Of a stretch of 64,000 bases of DNA, positions 50,081 to 64,000 are shown piece after piece. The position numbers were made by a program, and so were the translations under genes. Below the pieces are notes generated by a model. The model did no database searches and was not told the DNA's origin. It saw only the letters and a list, made by a program, of their open reading frames with translations. This DNA is from Rhina ancylostomus (taxonomy: Eukaryota), in the NCBI GenBank assembly GCA_030265395.1, contig JARFYF010000012.1, positions 20,032,621-20,096,620 on the forward strand. Reading direction: 5' to 3'. The number at the start of each line of letters is the position of its first letter. Positions within the stretch are counted from its first letter, which is position 1.

Positions 50081-52486
50081 GTGAATTTAATGTTTCTCCA
50101 AATAATTTTTCTTTGACAGTCTTCTGATTTTACATAATTTGAAATCAAACATTTGTCAACTAAGTTAAATTTCAGGGGCATCTGTTCTATTGAAACAAGG
50201 CACCCAACTGGTCCACACTAAAACAGAAGTGCACACTTTGTAAAATAACCTTAATGCTATCATCCAAACTCAGGCAGTTCCTAGATTATGTAAACCATCT
50301 GTAAAATCAAAGTAAAAACCCATTGCCCAAAATAGTTAAGCCTCCTCTTCCTGATGTACTACAGTTTTCTCTCATTACTGCATCGAGCTATTGTTCATTT
50401 TTTATAGCTACCCATATCGTATACTTCCTATATTTCTTTTATTTCATCGAATAACTTCTATATTCACCCTAACACTACGCACAATTAAACTAATGGAACA
50501 TGTACTGTATCCCGTTGTTAATGAATACCACAAAAAATTCAATACTACTTGCTAGGCTAACAAAGCATTCATTTTCAAATGTTGGCTGAGATCATAAGCA
50601 ATCAAATTATAATTGAGTTAAATAAAGTGGGTACAGTGGATAACCCATGAAATAAAGAGGGAGCTGAGGAGGTAGAAGATTGCAGAGATGTGGAAAGTGC
50701 AGGCCAATCAAACTTCCTTACAAATTTATAGTGTGATGACTGGACAGTGGCTTTGCTTTTCCCTTTACTTCCATGAGAGAATTTGTTTTAAGTAGGATTT
50801 CTGTAAGTCAGGTCTTCTGTAACCTGGGAAGCCCCTGTACAGCCTCTTCCATGCTTCTCAGTCTGCACTGTGTTCAAAAAGTGCAATGATTTGAGTTGGG
50901 AAAACAGTTCCTGGAAATGAGATGATTTTGATCTCTTGTAGAAATAACATTTAACTGAGACAGAAGAAAATATTAAACAATGTGATTGGAAAGAGCTAGA
51001 TTTTAAGGAGTGATTTAAAGGGAAGCGGTAGACTTGAGGTTTTGGAGGAATTCCAGAACTTAGGGTTTAGAAAGCTGAAGGCACAAGGGGACAGAAATGG
51101 AGGTGCACAAGAGGTAAGTAAGTAGATCCTGAGTTTTTATTGCTGGCCAGAACTGAAATCCTTGTATTTCTTTAGTTCTTAAACCTATTTGTTAAGATCT
51201 TAATTTTGATCAATATTTTGAGATCCATGAATGAGTAATCACTAATTTCTCTCTATTCAGAATGATAAATGTTCCCATCCTAAAGTTTACCCTAAAAGGG
51301 ATATATATTTTGGCAACATATGCACTCATCAGTTGGTATGTGAGTGACACATTTCTTCTGGGGATTCACCGATATAAAATTGCACACAATGTATGAATCC
51401 ATCTGCAGTTCTAGGTCAATATTGATAATTTTGTGCCATGCTAATTGCAAAGTAGATGTAAGTTACACAAGAAAAGCATCTCCAGAGACAGAGGAACAAC
51501 ATATGTTGGCAAGCACACATGCTGATGTTAGTAAACTCTGCAGAGCACATTTTGTTTTTGGTTAGAATACTCAGTATAGTATTTCTGGTACTCTGAATGT
51601 GAGCAAAGAAAATAGTGCATTTATGGATATAACAAAAGATCAACCACAATCAACCATGAAAAATTTGAACAGACAATCATGAAATTATTTCTGTCTGTGT
51701 TGTCTCAACAGTCTCCATGAAATACTTCTGGATTTTAGTGAAGAAACAAACTCAACCAATTCTTTACATGCATTGAATTCAATAAATGTAGAACACTGAT
51801 TTAGCCATTTAAGAACACATCCATTTTCTCACTGAAAAATCCAAAGTGTATGGATACTCTTTCAAAAAAAACTATATAGCATAAACAGAATTTTATAAGG
51901 ATCTCCTCCATTTATTAAGTTCCAAACAAGTATCATAAACTACATAAGCTGAGCACTGCCTGCTGGTGGTAATAGAAACACATTTTATTGCCCTGATTGA
52001 TACTTCTATACCCACCATTTCAGGGGAAATGTTATATTCATTTAAAATAAAAAGGTTACCTCCATTCTTTGAAAATGTTCAAGGTTCATATGTTAAAATT
52101 ACCATCTATGTTACTCTAACCTTGAAAAACTAATTTATTCTCACAAAATATAATTAAGATAATTTTAATAAATCAGATTTTATAGGACATTGGCTATATT
52201 GGGGGGCATCATAGCATATGCAAATGTTAACAGTGAGAGTAAAATCTCACAAACAGAATCATGGTGATAGAACCAGAGGTGAACATAAGCCCTTATGGTA
52301 CACCAGAGTGCAAGTAGCCAATGCAATCAGTGCAAATGAATTAAATAGCAAATGCTGGTGATACAACACTGGTGGTAAAAAACTTAAGTTACTTTCACCC
52401 CTGGCCAAATCTCCACGGCATGATTCGTAGGGGCAAACTAAAACCATTTGCATGTATCATTTAAGTGAAGCATTTAAACATTGAGA

Positions 52487-52810
52487 GGCTTGCATTCACA
52501 TGGTGCCTTTTCCAACCCTGAAGACACCCAAAGCACCACATACCAAATGAGATATGCTTTAAGTGTAGTCACTGTTGTAATGCAAATATCCAATGTGTAA
52601 TGATTTAATATGTTTTTTAGTGATGATGATTGTTGTATAAATATTGGCTACAAAACGGTGCCAGGTGATATTTTTACCTCCATACAGAGAGTAACGAATG
52701 TGCAGGACTACAACCATTAGTAATACACTGAAGTGTTAGCCTAGATTATAAAGCCTGAGTTTCTCAAGTAGGAGTTGAACCCACAACCTTCTGACTCAGA
52801 AAAAGAATGA
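52487..52810 (-). mobile_element. DeuSINE (SacSINE1-like) remnant
   Basis: GCTTGCATT..CCCAAAGCAC..AAGTGTAGTCACTGTTGTAATG..AGCCTAGATTAT..TTGAACCCACAACCTTCTGACTCAGA. Confidence 0.7.
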
Positions 52811-54261
52811 TAATGAGAGATTCCTGGGTGACACAATAAATGGTAATTCATGGCTACAAAGTCCCACAGCTCACCCACATAAACTAAATGCATGACATAT
52901 GAATGTGCTCAGTGTGCTTTAGTGAAACATTTAGAACCATTCTTAATGCCTTATATTTAATTGCCACATTTACTTACTGACAAGTTTATTGTTTTAGCAT
53001 TTGGTACCTGAAATCCTTTTCAGCCATTAACCTTAGGTCACTGTTTCTAATTCTAAGATGTGGTAGGCATGGTAAACAATCCCACATCAGAAGTTGTTGC
53101 TGGGCATCTATAACAGTGGTCAAGAGAAATGAAAAAGCTATTCCTGCTGACACTTTCTTTTTTCCACTGAGTCCTTATTCTAAAAACTGATGGTGTTTTT
53201 TTAATTTCTCTTCAGAGAAGTTTCATTTTGAAGTTATGTAACTTGGCAAGATAACAGTTGCTATTTAGAACAATGATTCACACCCTTAACTCAAATGACA
53301 GCTGTAATATCAGGAGTTATGCTGAGGTGACTAATAAACAAGATGGTGGGCAAGTCCTCCTGTTCCGTTTCTGTGCACCTGTTTTAACAAAACTTTTAAA
53401 CTAACAGAATGAGAAACTCCAGAGCGTACTGTACACAATTCCTTGCAGAAGTCTGCAGGAATATGGAAGAAAATAATCATTTAAAACATGAGTGAAAGCT
53501 TGTTGGATAAATGGGCCCCCATTGCCCAACCATAAAAAAAGAGTAAAGGTTTTGATGCATTGGTTTATATTGAGCAAACCACTCTCGGCTGGGGTTTAAT
53601 AGAACTGCAACTGGTTTCAGTGTTCCTGAGCTACAGTTATGTGCTACTCTTGATGAAAACTGCCTCCTGCAAAATGTGTGCTGGATACCAGATAAGGGCA
53701 GATTTGGACCTATGTTGGTGCTCCAGTAGTCACTTAATCTGCCAACATGAAGAATAATCTCCAGTGGCTGGCCATCACCTATGGATACAGTCCAGTGGGA
53801 TTCACTGCCATCAGGAAGAATGATATAGGGCAGATGGGGTCGGTGGAAGTAATGCAAGAAGGGATTTAAATAACAAATTGACAACTTGATAGTTTTTACT
53901 ATACAGGAAAAGAGGCTCCCACTTTATATTTCCTGGGGACATATTTAAAAATGTGTATCATTCAAACATGCCAGAATTTTAGTGACCATTTTAAAGAGTT
54001 TTTTTTAAATCATAAGAAAAACTTAGGGTCAAGTGTCTAACCATTAAGATCACTGGGCTACTGGCCCTTTAAATGCCATCAATGTATTCTCTTCAATTTT
54101 TAGAAAAAGAAAAATCAATATTTCATTACTTTGAAATGTTTCATAACTATTAGTGAAGCCTATTGGTTTTATGACAAATCAACAGCATACACTTAACACA
54201 CTATGTAAACCAGATGGTAGAAACACAGCTTTTATTGCCAGAACAGTAACACACAGCTTAC

Positions 54262-54300
54262 CAGAATGATGGGAAGAAAATAAAATTCTATGTAAAGAAG
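54262..54300 (-). CDS. Candidate 39-nt exon (LLYIEFYFLPIIL in phase 0)
   Basis: Acceptor ATACTTCACTTTCCAG and donor CTG|GTAAGC; length divisible by 3; may be chance. Confidence 0.22.
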
Positions 54301-55419
54301 CTGGAAAGTGAAGTATGATCACTTTAATAGCATAATTTTCAATAATTTAATGGAAATAACAAGTTGATTCACATTGGGTAATTGTTGGATTTTGAATTGC
54401 CCTTTGCTATTAATTACATGCAGCAATTCAATGAAGGCAGTTCTCCTTCAACTTTTCCTGATGTTGTGCATGATCAGTAATAAGCTGTTAACCTGTTGCC
54501 TATAGAAAGCAGGCAATGATGAATTTAATATGATATATTAAATTCATCTATCTCTTCCAGTTTTATCAATTTGAATCTATTTTTCAGGTGAACTTTATCT
54601 CCACCATTTTCCATTGCCTGAATGAGACTACATATACATTTCTTTGGTGTCTTTCTCAAATACTTTTTCAAAAAATAAATACATTAACCTGATTCTGTTA
54701 GCCTGTAATGTGACCATATCAATTTCAAAGGAAAACTTAATGGGATTTCACTTTTTTCTTACATTTGGTATGATTTCAGCATATTGAAATACCCTTCACA
54801 CCCTTGNNNNNNNNNNNNNNNNNNNNNNNNNNNNNNNNNNNNNNNNNNNNNNNNNNNNNNNNNNNNNNNNNNNNNNNNNNNNNNNNNNNNNNNNNNNNNN
54901 NNNNNNTTTTCTTCATTTTAGAGCTGGTCAATTTTTGTACTTTATTTTTTAGCTTTCATCTTAGCTTCAATAAATTGTTTAGTACTTTCATTGATAGATT
55001 TTACAGATTGAGCTCTATAGTGTAAATCTAATGTATTATTTGGCCCTCTTTCAGTCTGAAGAAATGATGTTGTTCAAGACAGAACATCAAAAGAGCAAAT
55101 AAGCATGTAAGAGGTGGGAAAGAATTGCTCAGAGAAGATTTCTGCAACCCCCCATCCACACACATGGTAATCAGCAGTGATCATTTTAATAAGAGATACA
55201 TGGTGAATGTGCTTTACTGAACAGAGTCTTGATTGGTGGTTATTATTTATACTCTGATGTTTGGCACTTTCAAGCCAGCGTATGCTCAAAATTCCCAACT
55301 GACAATGACTGAATAATGTAACCAAACAGATTAATAACTTACATTTTTTATAGTTCATTTACTCGCAACGTTTCATTAGAGAATCCAAGAATTCTATTCT
55401 CATTCTTTCTGTTCTTTAA

Positions 55420-56380
55420 TAGGATGCAGATGTCACTGGAAAAGACAGGAATATGCTCAACCTTAATTGCCCTTGAGATGATAGTTGTGAGCTGTCTTCT
55501 CAAAGTGCTGCACTCTACACATTGAAGATATTCATACAATGTTCTTGAGTGGAGTNNNNNNNNNNNNNNNNNNNNNNNNNNNNNNNNNNNNNNNNNNNNN
55601 NNNNNNNNNNNNNNNNNNNNNNNNNNNNNNNNNNNNNNNNNNNNNNNNNNNNNNNNNNNNNNNNNNNNNNNNNNNNNNNNNNNNNNNNNNNNNNNNNNNN
55701 NNNNNNNNNNNNNNNNNNNNNNNNNNNNNNNNNNNNNNNNNNNNNNNNNNNNNNNNNNNNNNNNNNNNNNNNNNNNNNNNNNNNNNNNNNNNNNNNNNNN
55801 NNNNNNNNNNNNNNNNNCTTAGGGTGGTGGATGGAATATCAGTTAAGTCCATTGCTTTGTCCAAGATAGTGTCCAGCTTCTGGGCTGTTGTTGCAGCTGC
55901 AAGTGGACAGCATTCCATCTAACACTGGACTTCCACCCTATAGATAGGGAAAGGCTTTGAGAAGTCAGGATGCGAATCAATTCCTGCAAGATACCCAGCC
56001 TCTGATTTGCCTAATTAGCTTAAATATATATATGGCTGATCACAGAATGTAATTTGTGGGAAACTTGGCGACATGCTGCCATTGAACGTCAATAGGAGGT
56101 GGTTAAGTTCTTATCAGTGACTGTCACTGCCTGGTGCTTCTATAGTCTGAATATTACTTGTGCTTATCAGCCCATTCCTGAACATTGTCTAGATCTTGTT
56201 GCATGCGGCTATCATCTGCTTCATTATTTGAGAAACTGCAAATGCAATTTAACATGATAGAATCGTCAACAAGCATCATCAATTCTGATCTTGTCATGAA
56301 GGAAGATCATTGAAGATAGCTGGCCTAAGACATTGATCTGCAAAACTCATGCAGTGATAACCATGAGGTGACTGCCCTNN
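55420..56380 (-). mobile_element. Old CR1/L2-group LINE remnant (gapped)
   Basis: MECCPLAAATTAQKLDTILDKA; same family as 23655-24290. Confidence 0.6.
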
Positions 56381-57859
56381 NNNNNNNNNNNNNNNNNNNN
56401 NNNNNNNNNNNNNNNNNNNNNNNNNNNNNNNNNNNNNNNNNNNNNNNNNNNNNNNNNNNNNNNNNNNNNNNNNNNNNNNNNNNNNNNNNNNNNNNNNNNN
56501 NNNNNNNNNNNNNNNNNNNNNNNNNNNNNNNNNNNNNNNNNNNNNNNNNNNNNNNNNNNNNNNNNNNNNNNNNNNNNNNNNNNNNNNNNNNNNNNNNNNN
56601 NNNNNNNNNNNNNNNNNNNNNNNNNNNNNNNNNNNNNNNNNNNNNNNNNNNNNNNNNNNNNNNNNNNNNNNNNTGAAGTGTCCTGGGGTGCTTTGCTATT
56701 CTAAGTGGATCCATATAAATGTAAGCTGTTTTTAATAAGGATTTTGTGAAACATTAAAGGAAGCATGAAGTACTGGAGTTAGTCCAAGTTTATAGTATCA
56801 AAATTATATTTGACAAAACTGCTAGGTTGTCCCAGAACTTACCACTCTTTTTCGCGTGATATGAACCAGAATATTAACTCATCCACAAAAGTGCTGAGAA
56901 AACTAAGACATATATCTAAGTTATGCCCACAGTTTAGACAACTGTCAAACCTGTCAAAATTTGTGATTGTTTTTGAATATTTCTGACACTCAAACAATCA
57001 CACATTCAAAGATTATTGGAAATTTAGGTAAACTCTGGATTCCAAAGACTCCAAATCTCATGTAGAGAAATTTGCTCACACCTTAGTTCTAAATAGCTAA
57101 TTCAATGAGCTTCACATCACTGGAGTGCGGAGAGTCAAATAACAAAGAACTGGTGTTAGCATGTTCAGAACATCTGCATTCCTGCTTGCATACATAGAGA
57201 ACCCGATCCTGCTGGTACATACAAGGAAAACTGCTGACAGTTACATGTGGAAATACCAGTGCTTTTCCACAAATTCCAAACCTTTATTGTTAGAATGATA
57301 GTTAGGGTTGTGAATATGTGGAAAAACACAAATACAGCTCTGTTAACAGTTGGTTCAAAAGGATGCAAAGGATAAGGCAGCTGAGCAGTTATTAGATTAA
57401 CAAAGGTCTGTATCAATCTGGTTATATGGTCCAGTGGGGTATGACAAGCAAGTGATAAATCTGTGCCACACTGTTGTTACTTATTGTGTGTATTTATATT
57501 TTGGAGGATAGAAGTGAAATTATCAAAATCTGTAGGTGATACCAAGGTTAGAATCAAAGAATCAAAATGTCATTTGACTCCTTGAACCAATATCAGTTCC
57601 CTGTATAGAAATCCAGTCAGTCTCATTCAATGCTCTTTTGTTCTTTTCCCACCAAGCATTCTCCCCTCAAGTACTTATCCAATTCTCCTTTGAAAGTCCT
57701 GATTGAACTTTAATGCAATAAATTCCAGATCATAACCACTCTTGACATTGAAGTTTATTCTCATGTTTTCCCAAATCTTTGGCTGGAGGGCAGTAGGGAG
57801 CTAGTTGGGGTTGGGGAAAATGATGGGGGAAGGTAGTGATGGTATGGAGCACATTGCAA

Positions 57860-58430
57860 ACATTTAAGAATTGGCAGATCAGGTGAATTCCTTGGAAGGA
57901 CTAAAGAAACCAATATCAACATTTCCCAGGCCAACATCCCCAACAGTAAGGCCCTAGTTACTCTCAGTAGGCTACACTGAGCAAGCACACCACTCGCATG
58001 TCTGACAGCAGACCCCCAAAACAGGTACTGTTTTCAAAGATCTGTCATGGGAGGAGATTATCAGTAGGACAGAAATAAAGATTCAAGGATGTGCTCAAAG
58101 CTTCCATGAAGAAATGTAACATTTCCATTGACTCCTGGGAACCTTTGGTGCATAACCTTTCAAAGTGAAATGAAGAAAGAACATCAGAATAATATTGAGA
58201 ACCTTGAGGCCGAACATCAGGAGCATATAGAAGCGCTGTGTAAATGGTGGCAGGAGTCCAGCACTTCACCAACTAGCCTCCTGTCTTCTCCATCATCTAC
58301 CTCCTGCCCCATCTGTGAAAGAGTCTATGGTACTTATATCAGCCTCATTAACCAGCTGAGGACCCACAAAAATGGAATGGAAGCAAGACATCCTCAATCC
58401 TGAGGGATTGTCTATAAAGGAAAGGACTGA
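57860..58430 (+). mobile_element. RTE-clade LINE 3' remnant
   Basis: RMSDSRPPKQVLF..GQK*RFKDVLKASMKKCNI and a C-terminal C2H2-like motif CPICERVYGTYISLINQLRTH. Confidence 0.8.
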
Positions 58431-58499
58431 GATGTTTTCACGAGAATGCTACATAAAATTAAATGTCAAAATTGGGTAACACAACCAGAGAGAATTGCT

Positions 58500-58770
58500 T
58501 CAGAAAAAAGGGTCAGCTATTTAGAACTGAGATGAGGAGAAATTTATTTACGTGAGGGTTGTAAATCTTTGGAACTTAAGAGTGCTGTGGATGCTCAGAC
58601 TGAGTATATTCAAGGCTGACATTGAATATACTCACAGTTTGAATTCTGGACACAAAGGAAGTCAGAGGATCTGGGGATTGGGTGGGAAAGTGGAGTTAAG
58701 GCACAGGATCAGCCATCAAAAGGCCTGAGAGGCCATTTGGCCTATTTATGCATTAGTTTCCTACGTTCTG
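58500..58770 (+). mobile_element. CR1 3' remnant
   Basis: TTTAGAACTGAGATGAGGAGAAATTT..GAGGGTTGTAAATCTTTGGAA..GGATCAGCCAT. Confidence 0.65.
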
Positions 58771-59357
58771 AAAAAGTTACAATGAGAGAAGAAAACAAAA
58801 TATAACATATGTATATACACACACCCACTTCAGAAGTATGAATAAAATAGTGTTTGCAGAATACAGCAGAGGCAAATGAGTTAAAGGTATCAGTAGTCTG
58901 GTTTTTAAAGTCATAGAAGCAGTGGTAAAAATAGCAAAAAGGATCAGAGGTAGTATAGAGAATTATTTGGAACATAAACTTCAGAATAAGATACAGAGCC
59001 TACCCAAAAAATTGGATTTTCCTCAGAAGGAGATGCCTACAGTTCTTAAGTTATTGTACCACGGGTAACTATGTCACCTACTAAATACGTAGGCTTAAAA
59101 ATTCCACTATACTGGAAAACTGAAGCTGGAATAGTAATACATGAGGAACCCATACCAGTTTGACTCAGAAATTATTCCATCTGAAATTTGTACATACACT
59201 TTCTAAAAACATTAGAATATTTGGTGCTAATCTTGCTGTTTTGCACATTAGTGCAGACTAACTTGCAATGATTTCAAGAATCTCTAGTTATAGTTAAAAG
59301 TAACAGTTGCTGATTGAAGTCATGCTTCCAGTTGTTAAAGGGGAGGTGCTCACTTAC

Positions 59358-59406
59358 ATTGTATGGCTCTGGTGATGGGAATAAGTACCCTGATTCTCTG
59401 ACACTC
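59358..59406 (-). CDS. Candidate 49-nt exon (SVRESGYLFPSPEPYN, ends in phase 0)
   Basis: Pyrimidine-rich acceptor with CTAAC (CTCTTCTGCTAACATCTCTGAAG) and donor AAT|GTAAGT; phase compatible with the terminal exon. Confidence 0.3.
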
Positions 59407-61409
59407 CTTCAGAGATGTTAGCAGAAGAGGTGGAGAGCAATGCTTCATTTATACCAAAATATGTACTTTCACATTTAACAATTTTGTTAACAGTAGATTA
59501 TGAATGCAACAAAACTTTACATAATCAAGGAAAACACACTGAGTTTACTAGGAACCAGAGGCATCAGCTCAATTCTTACTGGTGTGAAGCTTGAGTTGAA
59601 ATGCACTTTAGACAGGCAAGATGACTATTTCTCTCACTCTATCAGCTATATAGATATGAAGTTAAGGTAGGCAAGTATGAAAAGCACATACTTTTTAACT
59701 ATATCAGCACTTGGGCAGGAGGGATATAAGCCTAATGCACACAAGTGGAATAAGCACAGGTCGGCATTACGGTCGACATGGGCTGGAAAAGCCCATTTCT
59801 GTGCTGTGTGATTCTATGATTCGATTCAGTACATTTCCTTTATGGTCTGCCTTCACTCACCTGACCATGAGCATATTCATGGAAATTCTGCATTCTTTTC
59901 CCAAANNNNNNNNNNNNNNNNNNNNNNNNNNNNNNNNNNNNNNNNNNNNNNNNNNNNNNNNNNNNNNNNNNNNNNNNNNNNNNNNNNNNNNNNNNNNNNN
60001 NNNNNTATTCATGGAAATTCTGCATTCTTTTCCTACAGCTATAACAACTTTACTTACAGCTTCCATGTTGATCAAAGCAGACAATGGTTTGAGCTTAAAA
60101 ATAACCAAATTTTCTACAGTCCCAACACAAACACCTCTCAGTGAAGCAAGTACACCAAACGAAGTTGGCAGTTCTTCAAAGTTTAAACTAGGGTTCGTTT
60201 TGGAATTCTATAACACTCAGAAACTCTATTTTTCTTCCAATAGCCCCAAGGATTGCATTCCAAGAGCTTTTAATTCCCTTTGGAAGTCTACAGAAAAGTA
60301 AACATTTATTCATAAAAAGCAGACCAGCCTTAGGGGTCTGTCACTGCAACCTAAAATATAAAACCGTTTGATAGATATGTAGGTTTTTTTTTAGTTTTCT
60401 GCTTTTAGTGTCATAAATATATAACAATTTTTGATTTATGACTGAAGAAAACTCCAGCTCTTATCAGTATTGATTTTCATTAAAACTCTTGTTTTCAGCT
60501 GGAGAAAAATTAATATATAGCAGGTTGTGAATACAACAAAACCTTAAAGCAAAAGACAAAAGCTGATTTCTGAGTTTACCACAAGTACACAAGTATCAAG
60601 TCATTGTGTTTACTGGTCCTTCTCCTGTGGAATCTTTGTTCAAGTCCACTCTAACAGTAAAGGTAGCCATTTAACACTGCTACCAGCTATGTGAATAATA
60701 AATTGGTAAGAATCAATAGTAGTTATATCATCTTCACTGCCCAATGAAGACAGAAAAACAAAATTATTCTGACATACCATTCTGAAATTATGAAATAAAG
60801 TTCCGGAACTGGGGTTTGAGGAAAAGGAACTCAGGCGACCACATATTCTCTTGCAAGGTTATAAAGGCAAATAACAAAAAAGATCTAAGCAAACTGTTTA
60901 CTATGGTGAAAGGTTCAAAGAACCTTCATTTGTTGAAAATAAACAATATCAATTTAAAATTTATCATATTGGGGTAAAAGACAAGTTTTTGAGTATATCA
61001 TGAAGGAAAATAATTAGATGGCATAAATAACTGAATGTGCTTCTGAAGAGAGAGAGGATGAATGAGTATGAGAGAATTGAACACTGAAACGTGATGGGTG
61101 GGTGTGTTTGAGCCTAATGGTCATTATCTACTTGAAAAATTCATGTTCTTGCTTATTATCACCATAGACATGTTTATATTCTGCAAAATTCTCAGTTAAA
61201 CAGTCTAGACCAGCTGTCCATTTCTACAGTTTAAACAGCTTAGGTCAGATTCTCTTTCCATTTAGTTACCTCTTTAAGAACCAGATTTATCCAAGATCCT
61301 TGTTCATCCACCTTGTTCATTCACTCATCTAAGAGTTCTGGAGGTGCTAGATATTTACTTACATTTAGATTGGATGTTAGGTGGATAGCTATCTAGAAGA
61401 AATATCAGT

Positions 61410-62000
61410 TATAAGAAATATGTGTAGGCCAAATGGCCTTTGAGCTGCTCTGCCATTCATCAAGATCATGGCTGATGGGTCCCTCTATGCCATTTTCAAG
61501 CACTATCCTTGTACAGTCAGGTCTCCTTAATGTCCATAAATCTGTTGATTTCCAAGTGAGCTTAATAATTGAGCTTCCAATGTAGATAATGCCAAAGGTT
61601 CACCAACTTCTGATCTCTCTTCTGGGAGAAGATAAAGGAATTAGAAACTCTGGATGACCAGACTCAAGAATAGCTTGCTTATTCACCACTTCTGAACCAA
61701 TTACTTCTTTCACATCCCCTTCCCAGCGAAGCTGCCATGTTCTAGGTCTCTTAATTCTACCTCTCTTTTTATTCTGTTATTGTCACTTTAGCATTTTTTG
61801 GACTACTTCAGATTGCACTACTACCTTTGTACCATTCTGTTGTACTTTGCACTATTCTGTTGTTTTATGCCTGTTGTTGTATTTATTATTGTATTTATTA
61901 GCATGTATATTGTTTACTCCATGCAGGCAAGGAATTTCATTGCACCCTGGTGTATATTACAATAAACTAATCTGAATCTGAAGAAATTTCTTCTTATCTT
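61410..62000. mobile_element. CR1 3' remnant (minus) containing a Rex1 3' fragment (plus, about 61650-61981)
   Basis: ATAAGAAATA..GTAGGCCA..CTGCTCTGCCATTCA..GATCATGGCTGAT; ACCAGACTCAAGAATAGC...AATAAACTAATCTGAATCTGA. Confidence 0.7.
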
Positions 62001-62929
62001 GTTTTCCTCATCCTGCTCCATTGATGTAAATTTGTCAGAAGAGCAAAGAAACTGCCAGCAGCCACTGGTAGCATTCCTACTGCATGTCTTGCAAAGTTAT
62101 AATGGAGCAGCTCTGAAGCAATTCTTTGGCTCCATATTTAATTTTTGAATATCGTTGAATGTTGAGATTACTGCAGTAAAGCTGAACTGAAACATAATGA
62201 AAATGTTTCTGTGTGGGAAAGAGAAGGTTCATATCTACAAATTCTCATTCTTCTTTAAGAAAGGTAATGTAATGTTAAAGAGTCATTATCCTTCCCAAGT
62301 TTCTGTGGCTCTTGTGCATTGGTTGTTCCTGCTCCATTTAAATTCAGTTATCAATTCCTGAACAAGCTAAAAATAGTAATATTGGTCACCCATGGTTTCT
62401 CCTGGAGACTATTTCTTTAGGAATACAGAACTATTTTCATTTCCTCTCAGCACCAATTTTTTGCTGGGAAGACCAGCATTTATGGCCTATGCCAAATTNN
62501 NNNNNNNNNNNNNNNNNNNNNNNNNNNNNNNNNNNNNNNNNNNNNNNNNNNNNNNNNNNNNNNNNNNNNNNAAAGATATTTCCACAGAGTTGTTGAGTGT
62601 GCAATTACAGGATTTTAATCCAACAAGGAAGAGTTATATCCAGATCAAAGTGGTTTGTGACTTGAAAGAGAACTGTGAGCAGAAAGAGCTCACAGTTAAA
62701 GGAGCAACCGTAAGCCTGCTTGGGGATGAAGACTTGGATTGGAAGATCAAGATCCAGGTGGGAATATAATGTCTAAGAGATTGAAATATTGGAAATGTGA
62801 GAGGGAGGTCTGAGATCGGGACTTGAAGGAGATCATGAGAGGTCTTTGGGTAGCAGGTGGGGTTGTCAAAAGAAATACAACAAACTTAGAAAATTTAGAG
62901 ACCCACTGGGTTGGTTTTCCATTGCTGAA

Positions 62930-64000
62930 CTGGGACTTATTCCAGGAATCAGCATTTAAATCAGCATGGACTTATGAAATGGAAACTATGTTCGATTAAT
63001 CTATTGGAGTGCTTTAAGGATGTGATAAGAGGCAACCAGTGGGATGTGGTGTATTAAGATTTTCAGGAAACTTTCAATAAAACAAAGGTGGTTGGTCCAC
63101 AAGGTTAGGGCACATGGAATTTGTGGTAATGTGCTGGCATAGATTGAGAATTGGTTAACAGACAGAAAGTGAAAACTGGGAATAAAAGGGTCTTTCTTGG
63201 GTTGGCAGGTTGTAACTAGTGGGGTACCACAGGATTGTGGTTGGATCTCAGTTATTCACAATCCATTTCAACAATTTTGTGACAGGACTGACTAACACAT
63301 TTCCAAGCTTGCTGGTAATACAAAGTTAGGCAGGAATGTGACTATTGAGGAAAATGTAAAGAGGCAAGTTGGGTGAGTGGGTGAAGGCATATGGAATATA
63401 ATGTGGACAATGTAATAGCATCCACTTTGGTGCACAAAACAGAAAAAACATTTTTTTTAAATGGTGGTAGATTGAGAAATGTTCAAGTAGAAAGAGACCT
63501 AAGTATCTTTGTACACAAGTTACTGAAAGCTAACATGTAGGTGAAGCAAGCAGTTAAGAGGACAAATAGTATATTGGTTGTTATTGAGAGAGGATTCAGT
63601 GTGGGGTAAAGAAGTCTTATTACATTTATATTGGCCTTGGTATATTAGACACAGTTTTGGTCTCCTTACTTATAAAAAGAGAATAGACTTGGGCTGTATT
63701 CATTGGTGCTTCGAAGAATGATAAACAACTTTCTTGCAAGGGCTCAACAGGTCTTGCAGTCTCAGACCAGAGGTCTCAGTCTCAGAATAAGAGTAGGCCA
63801 TTTAGGAATGAGATGAGGAGGAATTTCTCCACACAGAGGGTGGTGGTGAATCTTTGGAATTCTCAGTATTGGAGGGCCGTAAGGGCTCAGTTGTTGAGTT
63901 TATTTGAAACAGAGATCAATAGATTTTGTACATTGAAGGAATCAAAGGATATGGGGATAGTGCAGGACAATGTCACAGAGGTACAAGATTAACTATGTTC
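62930..64000 (+). mobile_element. CR1 LINE ORF2 remnant, heavily decayed, runs to the window end
   Basis: DVVY*DFQETFNK, VRAHGICGNVLA*IENWLTDRK, VTSGVPQ, ISKLAGNTKLG; CR1 3' region near 63800-64000. Confidence 0.85.

Noticed and set aside
53477-53884. 135-aa minus-strand ORF as a host exon
   Set aside because: No recognisable domain, no clear codon bias and no convincing donor.
59874-60033. Direct repeat TATTCATGGAAATTCTGCATTCTTTTCC on both sides of a gap
   Set aside because: Most likely an unmerged contig overlap, that is, an assembly artefact.

Overview
Eukaryotic, repeat-rich and gene-poor vertebrate DNA with about 20 N-gaps. The repeat complement (CR1 LINEs, Rex1/Babar LINEs, V-SINEs, DeuSINE remnants, Penelope-like elements) points to a cartilaginous fish, probably a batoid; this is an inference. 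The ORFs in the track that I could recognise are decayed retroelement fragments, and many others are chance ORFs or N-gap artefacts. The one convincing host coding signal is a minus-strand terminal exon (44923-45090, 55 aa ending DIDRIILSI*) of a gene I cannot name. It is followed by a CpG-retaining, TAAT-rich 3' block, and three weaker candidate upstream micro-exons exist. The most notable structures are: (i) a three-level nested insertion whose core is a Penelope-like element with inverted hammerhead-like termini and a TSD (35063-36240); (ii) a probably full-length young CR1 collapsed into a gap, whose CpG-rich 5'UTR carries splice donors on both strands just upstream of the host terminal exon; (iii) a near-perfect 87-nt hairpin; (iv) adjacent V-SINEs with different LINE-derived tails. 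I found no rRNA, true tRNA, CRISPR or prokaryotic system, and no clearly new biological system. Repeat families were assigned by motif recall, not database search, and repeat boundaries are approximate (tens of bp).
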